Positions 28,804-38,778 are shown, counted from the first letter of the stretch. The stretch is DNA of 63,928 nt from an uncultured Myxococcales bacterium (GCA_945875805.1 CAMCLY010000002.1:1-63928), one strand, 5' to 3'. Made by a program: numbers and translations. The notes: generated by a model from the letters alone, not told the origin.

Positions 28804-29430
28804 ATGCTTCAGGTGACTCTCGATGCACGATGGCCCAACGCACGACAAATCGCGCGCGTCGCCGATATCATTCGCGAAGGCGGACTCGTCGTCTATCCCA
28901 CCGACACCATCTACGGACTCGGGTGCGACATGATGCAGAAAAAATCCGTCGAACGCGTCTATCAGATGAAGGGAAAAGATAGAAAACATCCCCTCTCTTT
29001 TATATGTCCAGACCTCAAAAATATCGCCCGATACGCCGTCGTTTCCAATACAAATTATAGAATCATGAAACGACTCCTGCCCGGCGCATACACCCTAATC
29101 CTGCCCGCGTCCAGAGAGGTGCCGCGCCTGCTCATCAGCAAATCCGCCACCGTCGGGATCCGAATCCCCGATCATCCCGTCACAAAAATGCTCGTCGAAC
29201 AGCTCGACAATCCCATCATCACCACCTCCATCCATACCCCAGAAAAAGATCAGTTCGCCGACCCCCAGGAAATCGCAAAACGCCTGCCCTTCCTCGACGC
29301 CATCATCGACTGCGGGCTCATCGCCCCACAGCCGTCCACTGTCATCGACATGACCGGAGATGTCCCAAAACTCATTCGACAGGGAAAGGGAAGTATCGAG
29401 GCCATTCCAGACATTCTCGTCGACGGATAG
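28804..29430 (+). CDS. tsaC: L-threonylcarbamoyladenylate synthase (YrdC/TsaC family)
   Basis: GGLVVYPTDTIYGLGCD, KGKDRKHPLSFI and the SATVGIRIPDHPV signature blocks of YrdC/Sua5. Confidence 0.85.
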   Translation: MLQVTLDARWPNARQIARVADIIREGGLVVYPTDTIYGLGCDMMQKKSVERVYQMKGKDRKHPLSFICPDLKNIARYAVVSNTNYRIMKRLLPGAYTLILPASREVPRLLISKSATVGIRIPDHPVTKMLVEQLDNPIITTSIHTPEKDQFADPQEIAKRLPFLDAIIDCGLIAPQPSTVIDMTGDVPKLIRQGKGSIEAIPDILVDG

Positions 29431-29609
29431 CCAAAAACCTCAAATCCCCCTGTCCTCTGTGCCGGACATGACGCGCGCTTTTCTCGGCGTGCGGAATAGG
29501 AACTCAAAACTTTCAGTTCTCTCCCGCGTCGACACATCTTGCTCGTGCGCGCATTGCTCGTGCGCGCACGCCGAAGGATAACGCTGACTTTTTTTTGATA
29601 GGATCAAAT

Positions 29610-31004
29610 ATGTATCGAATTGAACACGACTTGTTGGGAGAACATCAGGTGCCGGCGGACGCCCTCTACGGCGTGCATACCGTGAGAAGCCTCGAAAACT
29701 TCGCCCTGACCGGAAAACACGTCCACCCCGCATGGATTCACGCCATGGGCGATGTCAAACTCGCCTGCGCCAAAACCTCGCACGAACTCGGCGCATGGAA
29801 GGATAACGCGCCCAAAGCCGACGCCATCCTCGACGCGGCACAGGAACTCGCCGACGGCAAACTCGACGACGCCGTCGTCGTCGATCCCCTCCAGGGCGGC
29901 GCCGGAACCTCCCTCAATATGAACGTCAACGAGGTCATCGCAAACAGAGCCCTCGAACGACTCGGACTCGAAAAAGGCTCCTACGCAACAATTTCTCCCC
30001 TCGACGACATCAACTACCAGCAGTCCACCAACGACGTCTGCCCAACCGCCGCCAAAATCGCCGTCATCCGACAAATCGACGCCTTCCTCCCGGCTCTCAA
30101 AACCCTCGAACTCGCCCTGAGACGAAAGGCCGAGCAGACCATGGAGGTCGTCAAGGTCGGACGAACCCAATACCAGGACGCCGTCCTCACCACCCTCGGA
30201 TTCGAGTTCAAGGCTTACGCCGAAGCTCTCGCCCGCGATTTCGCCCGCTTCGTCCGCGCTCGAAAATCTTTCCTCTCCGTCAATCTGGGCGGAACCGCCA
30301 TCGGCACATGCGTCAGCGCATCCCGGGAATATGTCGCCGCCGTCGTCCCAACCCTCGCCAAAATCACAGGCATCGACCTCTCACAGGACGACGATCTCAT
30401 CGACGGCACCCAGAATCTCGACGTCTTCGCACAATTCTCCGGAACCATGAAAACCCTCGCCGTCTCGCTGCTCAAAATGTCCACCGACCTGAGATTCATG
30501 TCCTCCGGACCACAGACCGGCATCGCCGAAATCGCCCTCCCCGCCCGACAGGCCGGCAGCTCCATCATGCCCGGAAAGGTCAACCCCGTCATCCCCGAAG
30601 CCATGTCGCAGGCCTGTTTCACCGTCATCGGACACGACACCTCCATCACTTACGCCACGAGTCAGGGAAACCTCGAACTCAACGCCTTCCTCCCCCTCAT
30701 CGCCGACTGCCTCCTCAATGATCTCGACCTCCTGCGCCGCGCCTGCACCATGATGACCGAACGTTGTATCCACGGCATCGAGCCCAACATCGACAAATGC
30801 CGCGCCGGCGTCGCCTCCTCCACCGCCCTAATCACCGCCATGGTCGCACGCATCGGATACGACCGCGCCTGCCAAATCGGCATCGACGCCATGGCCGAGG
30901 GCAAATCCATCCGCGACAAACTCCTCGAACTCCGCCTCCTCACCGTCGAAGAGATCGAAGAACTCACCAGCGCCAACGCCGTCCGAAAAACCATGAAGGG
31001 CTAG
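29610..31004 (+). CDS. aspA: Aspartate ammonia-lyase (class II fumarase/aspartase family)
   Basis: MYRIEHDLLGEHQVPADALYGVHTVRSLENF is an aspartase-like N-terminus, with the GSSIMPGKVNPVIPE signature. Confidence 0.85.
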   Translation: MYRIEHDLLGEHQVPADALYGVHTVRSLENFALTGKHVHPAWIHAMGDVKLACAKTSHELGAWKDNAPKADAILDAAQELADGKLDDAVVVDPLQGGAGTSLNMNVNEVIANRALERLGLEKGSYATISPLDDINYQQSTNDVCPTAAKIAVIRQIDAFLPALKTLELALRRKAEQTMEVVKVGRTQYQDAVLTTLGFEFKAYAEALARDFARFVRARKSFLSVNLGGTAIGTCVSASREYVAAVVPTLAKITGIDLSQDDDLIDGTQNLDVFAQFSGTMKTLAVSLLKMSTDLRFMSSGPQTGIAEIALPARQAGSSIMPGKVNPVIPEAMSQACFTVIGHDTSITYATSQGNLELNAFLPLIADCLLNDLDLLRRACTMMTERCIHGIEPNIDKCRAGVASSTALITAMVARIGYDRACQIGIDAMAEGKSIRDKLLELRLLTVEEIEELTSANAVRKTMKG

Positions 31005-31033
31005 AAAATCTCCGGCCTCTTGCTTTTGGGGGA

Positions 31034-31093
31034 GGGGGAAGTCTCCCCCTGAGCGGCTATTTCGCCCGTTGGGCTCAATACGCCGCTACCCCC
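31034..31093. repeat. GTAG-hairpin family copy (canonical short form, opposite orientation to 16892-16962)
   Basis: gggggaagtctccccc-tga-gcggctat-ttcgcccgttgggctca-atacgccgc-taccccc. Confidence 0.85.
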
Positions 31094-31264
31094 TCTTCAA
31101 ATGTTTACGCCGCGTTCTCCCCGGGCACGTCATTGTCCACCTCCATTCGTGCCCCTTTTGCACGAAAGAACGGGAAATCCCTCCGCATTTTTGCCTCGTA
31201 TCGACCATGAGAGATGTCAGAACTTTCGCGATCGTCGCGAAAAGTTCGGCGTTTCGTGTCGGCA

Positions 31265-31297
31265 TAAAAAAAAGCCACCGGCCGATGGCCGGTGGCT
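31265..31297 (-). terminator. Rho-independent terminator of the long amidase gene
   Basis: 11-bp stem agccaccggcc/ggccggtggct. On the minus strand it is followed by a T-run (the plus-strand A-run at 31265-31272). Confidence 0.7.
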
Positions 31298-31323
31298 TTT
31301 GGGGATCGCCCGAAATCTGGCGG

Positions 31324-33294
31324 CTAGAGATTCTTGAAATTCTCCTCGGCCTTGTTTTGACGCTCCGGATTGCTGGGCACGGCACAACGTTCGTACTTGG
31401 CGGCAATGACGTAGGCGGCGTTGCGCGCATCGGCCACGGTGTCGGCCGAAACCGACTTGATCATGGCATTGTAGGCCGCCTTCTCGCTGCCATCGAGTTC
31501 CTTCTTGATAAAGGTGAGCTGTTTGTCGAGGACGGCCCATTGGCTCTTCTGGCTGTAGGTGGCACCGCAGTGACTGTAAAGGTTGTATTTGCGGTCGTCC
31601 CACTGGCAGATGCCCTTGCCGCCGCGGGATTCACTTCCGGGAACCTGTTCGGCGTCCGGCTGATAGTGGCTCTCGGTGTAGATGTTTCCAAGAAATCCAC
31701 AGGCGAGGGCCTTTTTGTAGGGATGGCTGGAGAAGCATTCGTTGGTGAGATACTTGTAGATGGTGGGGATGTTGTGCGTCCCGATGGCGGGATAACCGGG
31801 ACCGCTGGGGTTGGAATAACTGCCTCCGGTGCCCGTGTCGGTCGTGGTCGTGGGGGTGGTGCTGCCGGTCGTCGAACCGCTGGGAATCTTGATGACCTGG
31901 CCCACGCTGATGACGTTGGGGTTGGAGATCCCGTTGTATGCGGCGAGTGCCTGATAACCACCAGGAACGTTGAACATCGACGCAATTTTGGAGAGGGTGT
32001 CGCCGCTCTTGATGGTATACGTCTGCACGGTTCCCGTGGAGGTCGAGCCGGACGAGGGTTTGGAGTCCGCACCACCGCTACCTTTGATGTCCCTTTCGAT
32101 CTCGCCGCTCTGGAGCTTGCCCTTGAGGTAGGGGCCGGGACAGGCCGTGCTGGAGAACATGTAGTGCGCGGTCAGAGACCCCGAGGCGCTGCCGTCAAAG
32201 TGAGGCGTGATGCCATAACGCGAGCAGATGTCGCGGCAGAGCGCGATGGTCGAGTTGTACGCCGCTTTGGACACCGTCCAGTTGGGTTCGTAGCTGTCGT
32301 TGGCCACCTCAAACGTGAGGGCCTGATGATCGTTGGAGGGACTGCTGGATGTCCAGGCACGGCGCGTTTCGGCGACGCCTGCACAAATGGTCCCGTCGCT
32401 TCCGATATAATAGTTGGCACTTGCGCCGTTGCCATTTTTGTGCATGTTCGCGCAATCCTTGGCACCCATGTTTCCGGCCATGTGATGGATGGTGATCTTG
32501 CTGACCTTGTTCTGGCGAGCATTGCTGTTTTTGGTTCCAAAATCGACGCTTTGAGAGGCCAGTGAGGATGACGTGCCGCCGGTGGCGGTCGGTGTCCAGT
32601 CGCTGTCTGGATCCGAGGAACCGGCCGAACCCGTATCCGTGGACGGATTGGACGTCGTGCCGCCCGAGACGAGTTGGAGATCCTTGGTATAGACCCAGCT
32701 TACGATTTCCTTGATCAGCGCCTTGCTGCCGCTGATTTGCTGCACGGTGTAATTCTTGGCCTTGACCCAGCTCGGGATCGTCTGTCCTGTCGCATACGTC
32801 GTGCCCGTGATTTTGACCGTCGAGCCCACGCCGATAGATCCCGACGAGGCCGTGGTGGCCCCCGTGCTGGTCGTGGCCCCCGTGCTGCCCGTGGTCGTGG
32901 TCGGCGTGCTCGTGCCGCCGGATACAAGCTGCACGTCTTTGGCATAGACCCAGCTCATAATTTCCTTGAGCAACAGCTTGCCGCCGCTCCCCACTTCGGA
33001 CACCGTGTACGTGTTCTGCTTGACCCACCCGGGCACCGTCTGGCCCGTGGCATACTTTGATCCCGTGACCTTGACTTTTGAGCCGACCCCGATACTCCCG
33101 GACGTGCTGCTCCCTCCCGAGGTCGCGCCGCCCGTCGTCGAAGTGGGAATCTGGATTGTCTGTCCCACGCTAATCATGTTCGGGTTCGAGATCCCGTTGT
33201 ACTTTGCCAACGCCTGATAGCCGCCGCTCACATTGTAGCGGTCGGCAATCCCTGACAGCGTGTCGCCCGATTTGACCACATACGTTGTACTCAT
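31324..33294 (-). CDS. Multidomain cell-wall hydrolase: LysM, two SH3b-like repeats, Amidase_2-type N-acetylmuramoyl-L-alanine amidase, LysM, phage-tail-lysozyme-like domain. No signal peptide.
   Basis: [20 protein letters not shown]...VGQTIQIP (LysM). Two GSIGVGS(K/T)VK(V/I)TG..YATGQ..P.WVK..NYTV repeats. [20 protein letters not shown]...[11 protein letters not shown]...TFEVAN (amidase). A second LysM. ACGFLGNIYTESHYQPD...GKGICQWDDRK (tail-lysozyme-like). ATG with GGTGGAGGA RBS. Confidence 0.88.
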   Translation of the reverse strand: MSTTYVVKSGDTLSGIADRYNVSGGYQALAKYNGISNPNMISVGQTIQIPTSTTGGATSGGSSTSGSIGVGSKVKVTGSKYATGQTVPGWVKQNTYTVSEVGSGGKLLLKEIMSWVYAKDVQLVSGGTSTPTTTTGSTGATTSTGATTASSGSIGVGSTVKITGTTYATGQTIPSWVKAKNYTVQQISGSKALIKEIVSWVYTKDLQLVSGGTTSNPSTDTGSAGSSDPDSDWTPTATGGTSSSLASQSVDFGTKNSNARQNKVSKITIHHMAGNMGAKDCANMHKNGNGASANYYIGSDGTICAGVAETRRAWTSSSPSNDHQALTFEVANDSYEPNWTVSKAAYNSTIALCRDICSRYGITPHFDGSASGSLTAHYMFSSTACPGPYLKGKLQSGEIERDIKGSGGADSKPSSGSTSTGTVQTYTIKSGDTLSKIASMFNVPGGYQALAAYNGISNPNVISVGQVIKIPSGSTTGSTTPTTTTDTGTGGSYSNPSGPGYPAIGTHNIPTIYKYLTNECFSSHPYKKALACGFLGNIYTESHYQPDAEQVPGSESRGGKGICQWDDRKYNLYSHCGATYSQKSQWAVLDKQLTFIKKELDGSEKAAYNAMIKSVSADTVADARNAAYVIAAKYERCAVPSNPERQNKAEENFKNL

Positions 33295-33474
33295 GACGGA
33301 TTCCTCCACCTGCGTAGCATCCGGTAACCGCGCACATGGCGTTCACTAGGTGCTAAATTCCTATCTTTAAGAGTACCACCGCACCTCCAAAAATAAAAAA
33401 TTAAAAAATATTCTGCCGCAGACCAAACCATTTCAAACCGCAGAGAATGCCGCAGGCACGGGGGGGGGAAGGTC

Positions 33475-33518
33475 AAAACGCGAAAGGGCCGCGCGGTGAT
33501 GCCGCGCGGCCCTTTCGC
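33475..33518 (-). terminator. Rho-independent terminator of the short amidase gene
   Basis: Perfect 17-bp stem gcgaaagggccgcgcgg/ccgcgcggccctttcgc. On the minus strand it is followed by GTTTTG. Confidence 0.7.
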
Positions 33519-33557
33519 ATGTCGGGCGCTGCGGGGACAGGGCCCCGCGAGAAAGAA

Positions 33558-34778
33558 TCAGCTGCCCTTGATGTCTTTTTCGAGCTGGCCGCTCTTGAGT
33601 TTGTTCTTGAGGTAGGGGCCGGGGCAGGCGGTGCTGGCAAACATATAGTGCGCGGTGAGCGAACCCGAGGCGCTCCCATTGAAGTGGGGCGTGATGCCGT
33701 AACGCGAGCAGATGTCGCGGCAGAGCGCGATGGTCGAGTTGTAGGCGGCTTTGGACACCGTCCAGTCGGGCGCGCCGGAATTGTTGGCCACTTCAAACGT
33801 GATGGCCTGGTGATCGTTGGTGCCGTTGCTCGAGGTCCAGGCACGGCGTGTCTCGGCGACACCCGAGCAAATCGTGCCGTCGCTGCCGATATAATAGTTG
33901 GCGCTCGCGCTGCCATTCTTGTGCATGTTGGCGCAGGCTTTGGCGCCCATGTTGCCGGCCATGTGATGGATCGTAATCTTGCTGACCTTGCTGGTTCGGG
34001 CGTTGCTGTTCTTGTTTCCAAAATCGACGGATTCGGTGGCCAGCGAGGACTTGGTCCCGCCCGTGGCCGGTTTGGAGGTCGAACCCGAGCCGGACGAGCC
34101 GGAACCACTCGACGAGGTGCCGCCCGAGACAAGCTGGAGATCCTTTATATAAACCCAGCTCACGATCTCCTTGATCAGCGCCTTGGAACCGCTGATTTGG
34201 GACACGGTGTAATTCTTTGCCTTGACCCAGCTGGGAATTGACTGTCCTGTGGCATACGTCGAACCGGTGATCTTGACGGTCGAACCGACGCCAATCGACC
34301 CGGAGGTCGTGCTTGAAGAGGAAGAACTCGACGAGCCGCTGGAACTCGACGGCTTCGACGTCGAGGTGCTCGAACTCGACGACGGCTTGGACGTCGTGCC
34401 GCCCGAAATCAGCTGCACGTCCTTGGCATAAACCCAGCTCACGATCTCCTTGAGAAGCAACTTGCCGCCGCTCCCCACTTCGGACACCGTGTACGTGTTC
34501 TGCTTGACCCAGCCAGGCACCGTCTGGCCCGTGGCATATTTGGATCCCGTGATTTTCACCTTCGAGCCAACCCCAATCGACCCCGACGAACTCGAACTGC
34601 TCGACGTCGAGCCGCCCGTCGAAGAGTCGGGAATCTGGATTTTCTGACCCACGCTGATCTTGTTCGGATTCGTGATCCCGTTGTACTTGGCCAGCGCCTG
34701 ATAGCCGCCGCTCACCTTGTAGCGATCGGCAATCCCTGACAGCGTGTCGCCCGATTTGACCACATACGTTGTACTCAT
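33558..34778 (-). CDS. Cell-wall hydrolase paralog: LysM, two SH3b-like repeats, Amidase_2 domain. No signal peptide.
   Basis: Same architecture as 31324-33294 but ends after the amidase domain. The first ~100 nt and the 5' leader are near-identical to the paralog. Confidence 0.88.
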   Translation of the reverse strand: MSTTYVVKSGDTLSGIADRYKVSGGYQALAKYNGITNPNKISVGQKIQIPDSSTGGSTSSSSSSSGSIGVGSKVKITGSKYATGQTVPGWVKQNTYTVSEVGSGGKLLLKEIVSWVYAKDVQLISGGTTSKPSSSSSTSTSKPSSSSGSSSSSSSSTTSGSIGVGSTVKITGSTYATGQSIPSWVKAKNYTVSQISGSKALIKEIVSWVYIKDLQLVSGGTSSSGSGSSGSGSTSKPATGGTKSSLATESVDFGNKNSNARTSKVSKITIHHMAGNMGAKACANMHKNGSASANYYIGSDGTICSGVAETRRAWTSSNGTNDHQAITFEVANNSGAPDWTVSKAAYNSTIALCRDICSRYGITPHFNGSASGSLTAHYMFASTACPGPYLKNKLKSGQLEKDIKGS

Positions 34779-35454
34779 GACGGATTCCTCCACCTGCGTA
34801 GCACCCGTAAACCGCGCACATGGCGGATCCCAGATGCTAAATTTTTCTCACACTACCACCTCCAGACGAAAAAATAAAAAATATTTTATGCGTTTGTCCG
34901 TTCGTTTCCTATCCGTTTTGTTTCTTTATAAATCCATACTGTGTCTTTTTTTTGAGGCGACGCTTTGCCGTGCGGCATACGCGTCGCCCGTGCGGCTATT
35001 TCGTGCCTCAATACGCCGCACGTTCCCTGTGATCGCTCGCCATTCCAAAATGTATAAATGATGAAATATATTATTCTCAAAAATAGATGTGTGATTTTAT
35101 ACAATAGATGGATGGCAAATATAGATGTATTTCATCCGCATCTTGCATGACGCCGGAGCCCGCCCGACGCGCGTCAGCGCGGGCCGGCGTATGAAATAGC
35201 CGGCCCAAATGCGCCGCCGTGTGAAACAGGCGGCGGCAGGACGGCGTATCCCGCGCCCGCGCGCGGGACAGCCGGCCCATCAAAGACCACGGAATGCACC
35301 GAAGCCGTCCGGGCCGCATAATCGCTTTTTTTTTCACACAAAAACGGGTAAATCCCGGGCGTTTTACGGGGCGCCAAATCGGCGCATCCGGTTCTATCCT
35401 GGGCCGGCAGATGCACTCGGAGTCCGGCCTGTTTCCTTACCTCAGGGACTTGAT

Positions 35455-38400
35455 ATGACACAAAAAAAAGCTTCCTATCAAAAGGTCGATACCTGGATCG
35501 ACATCGTCAAAAATGAACACGAAATTCTCGATTTCTGGAAATCGTCCGACATATTCAACAAGCTGCGCGCACAAAATAAGGGCGGCAAAAAATGGTCATT
35601 TCTCGACGGACCCATGACCGCCAACAATCCCATGGGCGTCCATCACGCATGGGGGCGGTCGCTCAAGGACGCCCTGCAGCGATACCACGCCATGAACGGA
35701 TGCGAACTGCGCTACCAGAACGGGTTTGACTGTCAGGGACTCTGGGTCGAGGTCGAGGTCGAGAAGGAACACGGGTTCGCCAGCAAGCAGGAAATCCGCG
35801 AGTACGGCATCGACAGGTTCGTCCAGGACTGCAAGGATCGCGTCCACAAATGCGCCAGGCGCATCACCGATCAGTCGATCCGGCTCGGATACTGGATGGA
35901 CTGGGACAATTCATACTTCACGATGAGTGAGGAAAATAATTATACAATCTGGTCGTTTTTGAAGAAATGTCATGAAAAAGGCCTGATTTACCGCGGACAC
36001 GATGTCATGCCGTGGTCCGGACGAAGCGGATCCGCCTACTCGCAGATGGAAGTCATCGAGGGCCGTAAATATATTGCGTCGCTCTCCCTGTTCGTCAAAT
36101 TCCCGCTCATCGATCCGGGACACGAGGGCGAAAACCTCGTCGCATGGACCACCACGCCGTGGACGCTCTCCTGTAATATCGCCGCCGCAGTCAACGCCGA
36201 TCTCGATTATATTAAAATCCGTTCCAATCAGGACGGCGAAATTTATATATTCGCGGCCGAAAACCTCAAATTTCAGCGCCTCGAAAAACAATACAAGGAG
36301 AATTGGATCGAAGGCGTGCCCAAACTCAAAACCCTCGATCAGATCTTCAAAGAACGCGGCGGATACGAAATCGTCGGCACCGTCAAGGGCGCGGATCTCG
36401 TGGGCTTGCGATATCGTGGGCCGTTCGATGAACTCGAGGCACAGCAGATCGCCGGCGGTTATCCCTTCACCGACGCCAAAATAAAGGAATCCGCCATCGA
36501 CGCCCACCGCGTCATCGACGGCGGCCGCGACGAACGCGGAAATGCCGTCGTCACCATCGGAGAGGGCACAGGCATCGTCCATATCGCCCCCGGATGCGGC
36601 GATGTCGACCACGTCCTCGGCGTCAAGCTCGGCCTCCCCATGCTCGCCCCGCTCGACGAGGCCGCATGTTTCCTCCCCAAATTCGGCTTCCTCACCGGCA
36701 TGAATGCCACCAAGGACGACACCCGTCAGGCCGTCGTCGCCGAACTCAAAAAGAAAAATATCCTGATCGCACAGGAGCTTTACCCCCACGTCTATCCCCA
36801 CTGCTGGCGCACCGGAGAGGAGCTCGTCTTCCGCATGGTCGACGAGTGGTACATCAATATGAACTGGCGCGACCGGATCATCAAAGTCGCCAAGGACATC
36901 GAGTGGATCCCCGCTTTCGGAAAGGATCGCGAGGTCGAATGGCTCACCAACATGCGCGACTGGATGATCTCAAAAAAACGTTTCTGGGGACTCGCCCTCC
37001 CCATCTGGGTCTGCGACGACTGCAAGAAATTCGACGTCATCGGCGGCCGCGACGAACTCAAGGCGCGCTGCATTGAGGGATGGGACGCGTTTGAGGGACA
37101 CACCCCGCACAAACCCTGGATCGACAAGGTCGTGCTGCAGTGCCCGCACTGCGGCGGAAAAATGCACCGCGTCGAGGACGTCGGAAACCCGTGGCTCGAC
37201 GCGGGCATCGTTCCCTACAGCACCGTCAAATACAACTCCGACCGCGACTACTGGAAACAATGGATGCCCGCCGACCTCGTCCTGGAATGCTTCCCCGGAC
37301 AGTTCCGAAACTGGTTCTACAGCCTCCTCGCCATGTCCACCATGATGGAGGACACAAAGCCGTTCAAGACGCTCCTCGGACACGCCCTCGTCCGCGACGA
37401 ACACGGCCAGCAGATGCACAAGTCGACCGGAAACGCCATCTGGTTTGACGACGCCGCCGAACAGGCCGGCGCCGACACCATGCGCTGGCTCTACGCGCGC
37501 CAGGATCCGGAGGTCAATCTCAACTTCGGCTACGGCCCCCTGCGCGAGGTCCGCGGCGGTTTTATCAACACCCTCTGGAACACCTACGCCTTCTTCACAA
37601 ACTACGCCCGGCTCGAAAACTGGACGCCGGGGGAGGTCCCCACACCGTTTGCCGACCGCACCCTCTTCGACCAGTGGATCCTCACCGAACTGCAGCTTCT
37701 CATCAAGGAATGTCGCGCCGGGTTTGAGTCCGTCGATGTCCGGAAGGCCGCGCTGGCTATCGAAAAATTCGTCGAAAACCTCTCCAACTGGTACGTCCGG
37801 CACAACCGGAAACGGTTCTGGAAAATCGAAGAGAACGACACCATCAAGGCCCGCGCCGCCTTTGAAACCCTCTTTGAATGCCTCGAAACCCTCACCCGGC
37901 TCGTCGCCCCGATCCTGCCGTTCCTCGCCGAAACGATGTACCAGAACCTCGTCAGAGGCGCGCGCGACAACGCCAGGGAGTCCGTCCACCTCGAAAGCTA
38001 CCCCGAGGCCGATGACGCCAAAATCGACATGCTTCTCCTCGACGAGATGCACGCCGTCGAGGCCTTCACCAGACTCGCCCTCTCGGCCCGCGAAGCCCAG
38101 AAACTCAAAATCCGCCAGCCGCTGAGCAAAATGATTCTCGGCCCGGCCGACGACATCGGCCTCAAGGCCGCACGGCGTTTCCAGGACATCCTCAAGGATG
38201 ACCTCAACGTCAAGGCCGTCGACATCCTCGATCCCGGCACCCCGAGCCCGCTCGACTATGAGATCAAGCTCAACTTCCGCGCCGCCGGCCCCAAGTTCGG
38301 CAAGCAGATCAAAGAGGTCACGGCCGCCATCGCCGCAAACCACGCCGAAATCCTCAAAAAGGCGCGCGCGGGCGAACCCGTCGAGCTCCCCGTCTCGACC

Positions 38401-38778
38401 GGATCCGTCACCATTACCCCGGATCTCCTCATCATGCAGGCCCTCCCCAACGACAAGCTCGCCATCGCCGAGGAAGCCGGCTACTGGATCGCCTTTGACA
38501 CCGAAATCACCGAAGATCTCCGCATCGAGGCGTTCATGCGCGACGCCATGCGCAAGTTCCAGCTCACGCGCAAGGAAATCGGCCTCGAAATCGAGGACCG
38601 CATCACCATGACCTGGCAGTCCGACTCCCCGACCCTCGTCGCCATGTTCGACACCTGGGGCGCCAAAATGGCCGAAGGTCTCCTCTGCCTCCGCCTCGAA
38701 CGCTCCCACGACAGACAGCCCGTCGAGGCCAAGTTTGAAGGCGAGGAAATGACGTTTAAAATTGTCAAGGCATCGTGA
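35455..38778 (+). CDS. ileS: Isoleucine--tRNA ligase
   Basis: 1107 aa with a HIGH-type PMGVHHAWG, a KMSKS-type QMHKSTGN, an editing domain and Zn-type CDDC...CPHCGG. The ORF-track start at 35209 lies in repeat DNA and is rejected. Confidence 0.97.
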   Translation: MTQKKASYQKVDTWIDIVKNEHEILDFWKSSDIFNKLRAQNKGGKKWSFLDGPMTANNPMGVHHAWGRSLKDALQRYHAMNGCELRYQNGFDCQGLWVEVEVEKEHGFASKQEIREYGIDRFVQDCKDRVHKCARRITDQSIRLGYWMDWDNSYFTMSEENNYTIWSFLKKCHEKGLIYRGHDVMPWSGRSGSAYSQMEVIEGRKYIASLSLFVKFPLIDPGHEGENLVAWTTTPWTLSCNIAAAVNADLDYIKIRSNQDGEIYIFAAENLKFQRLEKQYKENWIEGVPKLKTLDQIFKERGGYEIVGTVKGADLVGLRYRGPFDELEAQQIAGGYPFTDAKIKESAIDAHRVIDGGRDERGNAVVTIGEGTGIVHIAPGCGDVDHVLGVKLGLPMLAPLDEAACFLPKFGFLTGMNATKDDTRQAVVAELKKKNILIAQELYPHVYPHCWRTGEELVFRMVDEWYINMNWRDRIIKVAKDIEWIPAFGKDREVEWLTNMRDWMISKKRFWGLALPIWVCDDCKKFDVIGGRDELKARCIEGWDAFEGHTPHKPWIDKVVLQCPHCGGKMHRVEDVGNPWLDAGIVPYSTVKYNSDRDYWKQWMPADLVLECFPGQFRNWFYSLLAMSTMMEDTKPFKTLLGHALVRDEHGQQMHKSTGNAIWFDDAAEQAGADTMRWLYARQDPEVNLNFGYGPLREVRGGFINTLWNTYAFFTNYARLENWTPGEVPTPFADRTLFDQWILTELQLLIKECRAGFESVDVRKAALAIEKFVENLSNWYVRHNRKRFWKIEENDTIKARAAFETLFECLETLTRLVAPILPFLAETMYQNLVRGARDNARESVHLESYPEADDAKIDMLLLDEMHAVEAFTRLALSAREAQKLKIRQPLSKMILGPADDIGLKAARRFQDILKDDLNVKAVDILDPGTPSPLDYEIKLNFRAAGPKFGKQIKEVTAAIAANHAEILKKARAGEPVELPVSTGSVTITPDLLIMQALPNDKLAIAEEAGYWIAFDTEITEDLRIEAFMRDAMRKFQLTRKEIGLEIEDRITMTWQSDSPTLVAMFDTWGAKMAEGLLCLRLERSHDRQPVEAKFEGEEMTFKIVKAS

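Noticed and set aside
33295-33420. Assignment of the amidase leaders to the ydaO-type c-di-AMP riboswitch or another named riboswitch
   Set aside because: The functional context is suggestive, but I cannot find the conserved pseudo-symmetric core sequences by eye and the leader looks too short. A covariance-model scan is needed before naming it.
35209-35454. Upstream extensions of several ORFs, including ileS from 35209, tuf from 4126, the peptidase from 58502, the sheath-like gene from 24915, gspD from 48861 and secE from 5492
   Set aside because: The extensions run through tRNA genes or repeat-family elements and encode Pro/Arg/Gly-rich junk. Internal ATGs with good RBSs give N-termini matching the known families or proper signal peptides.
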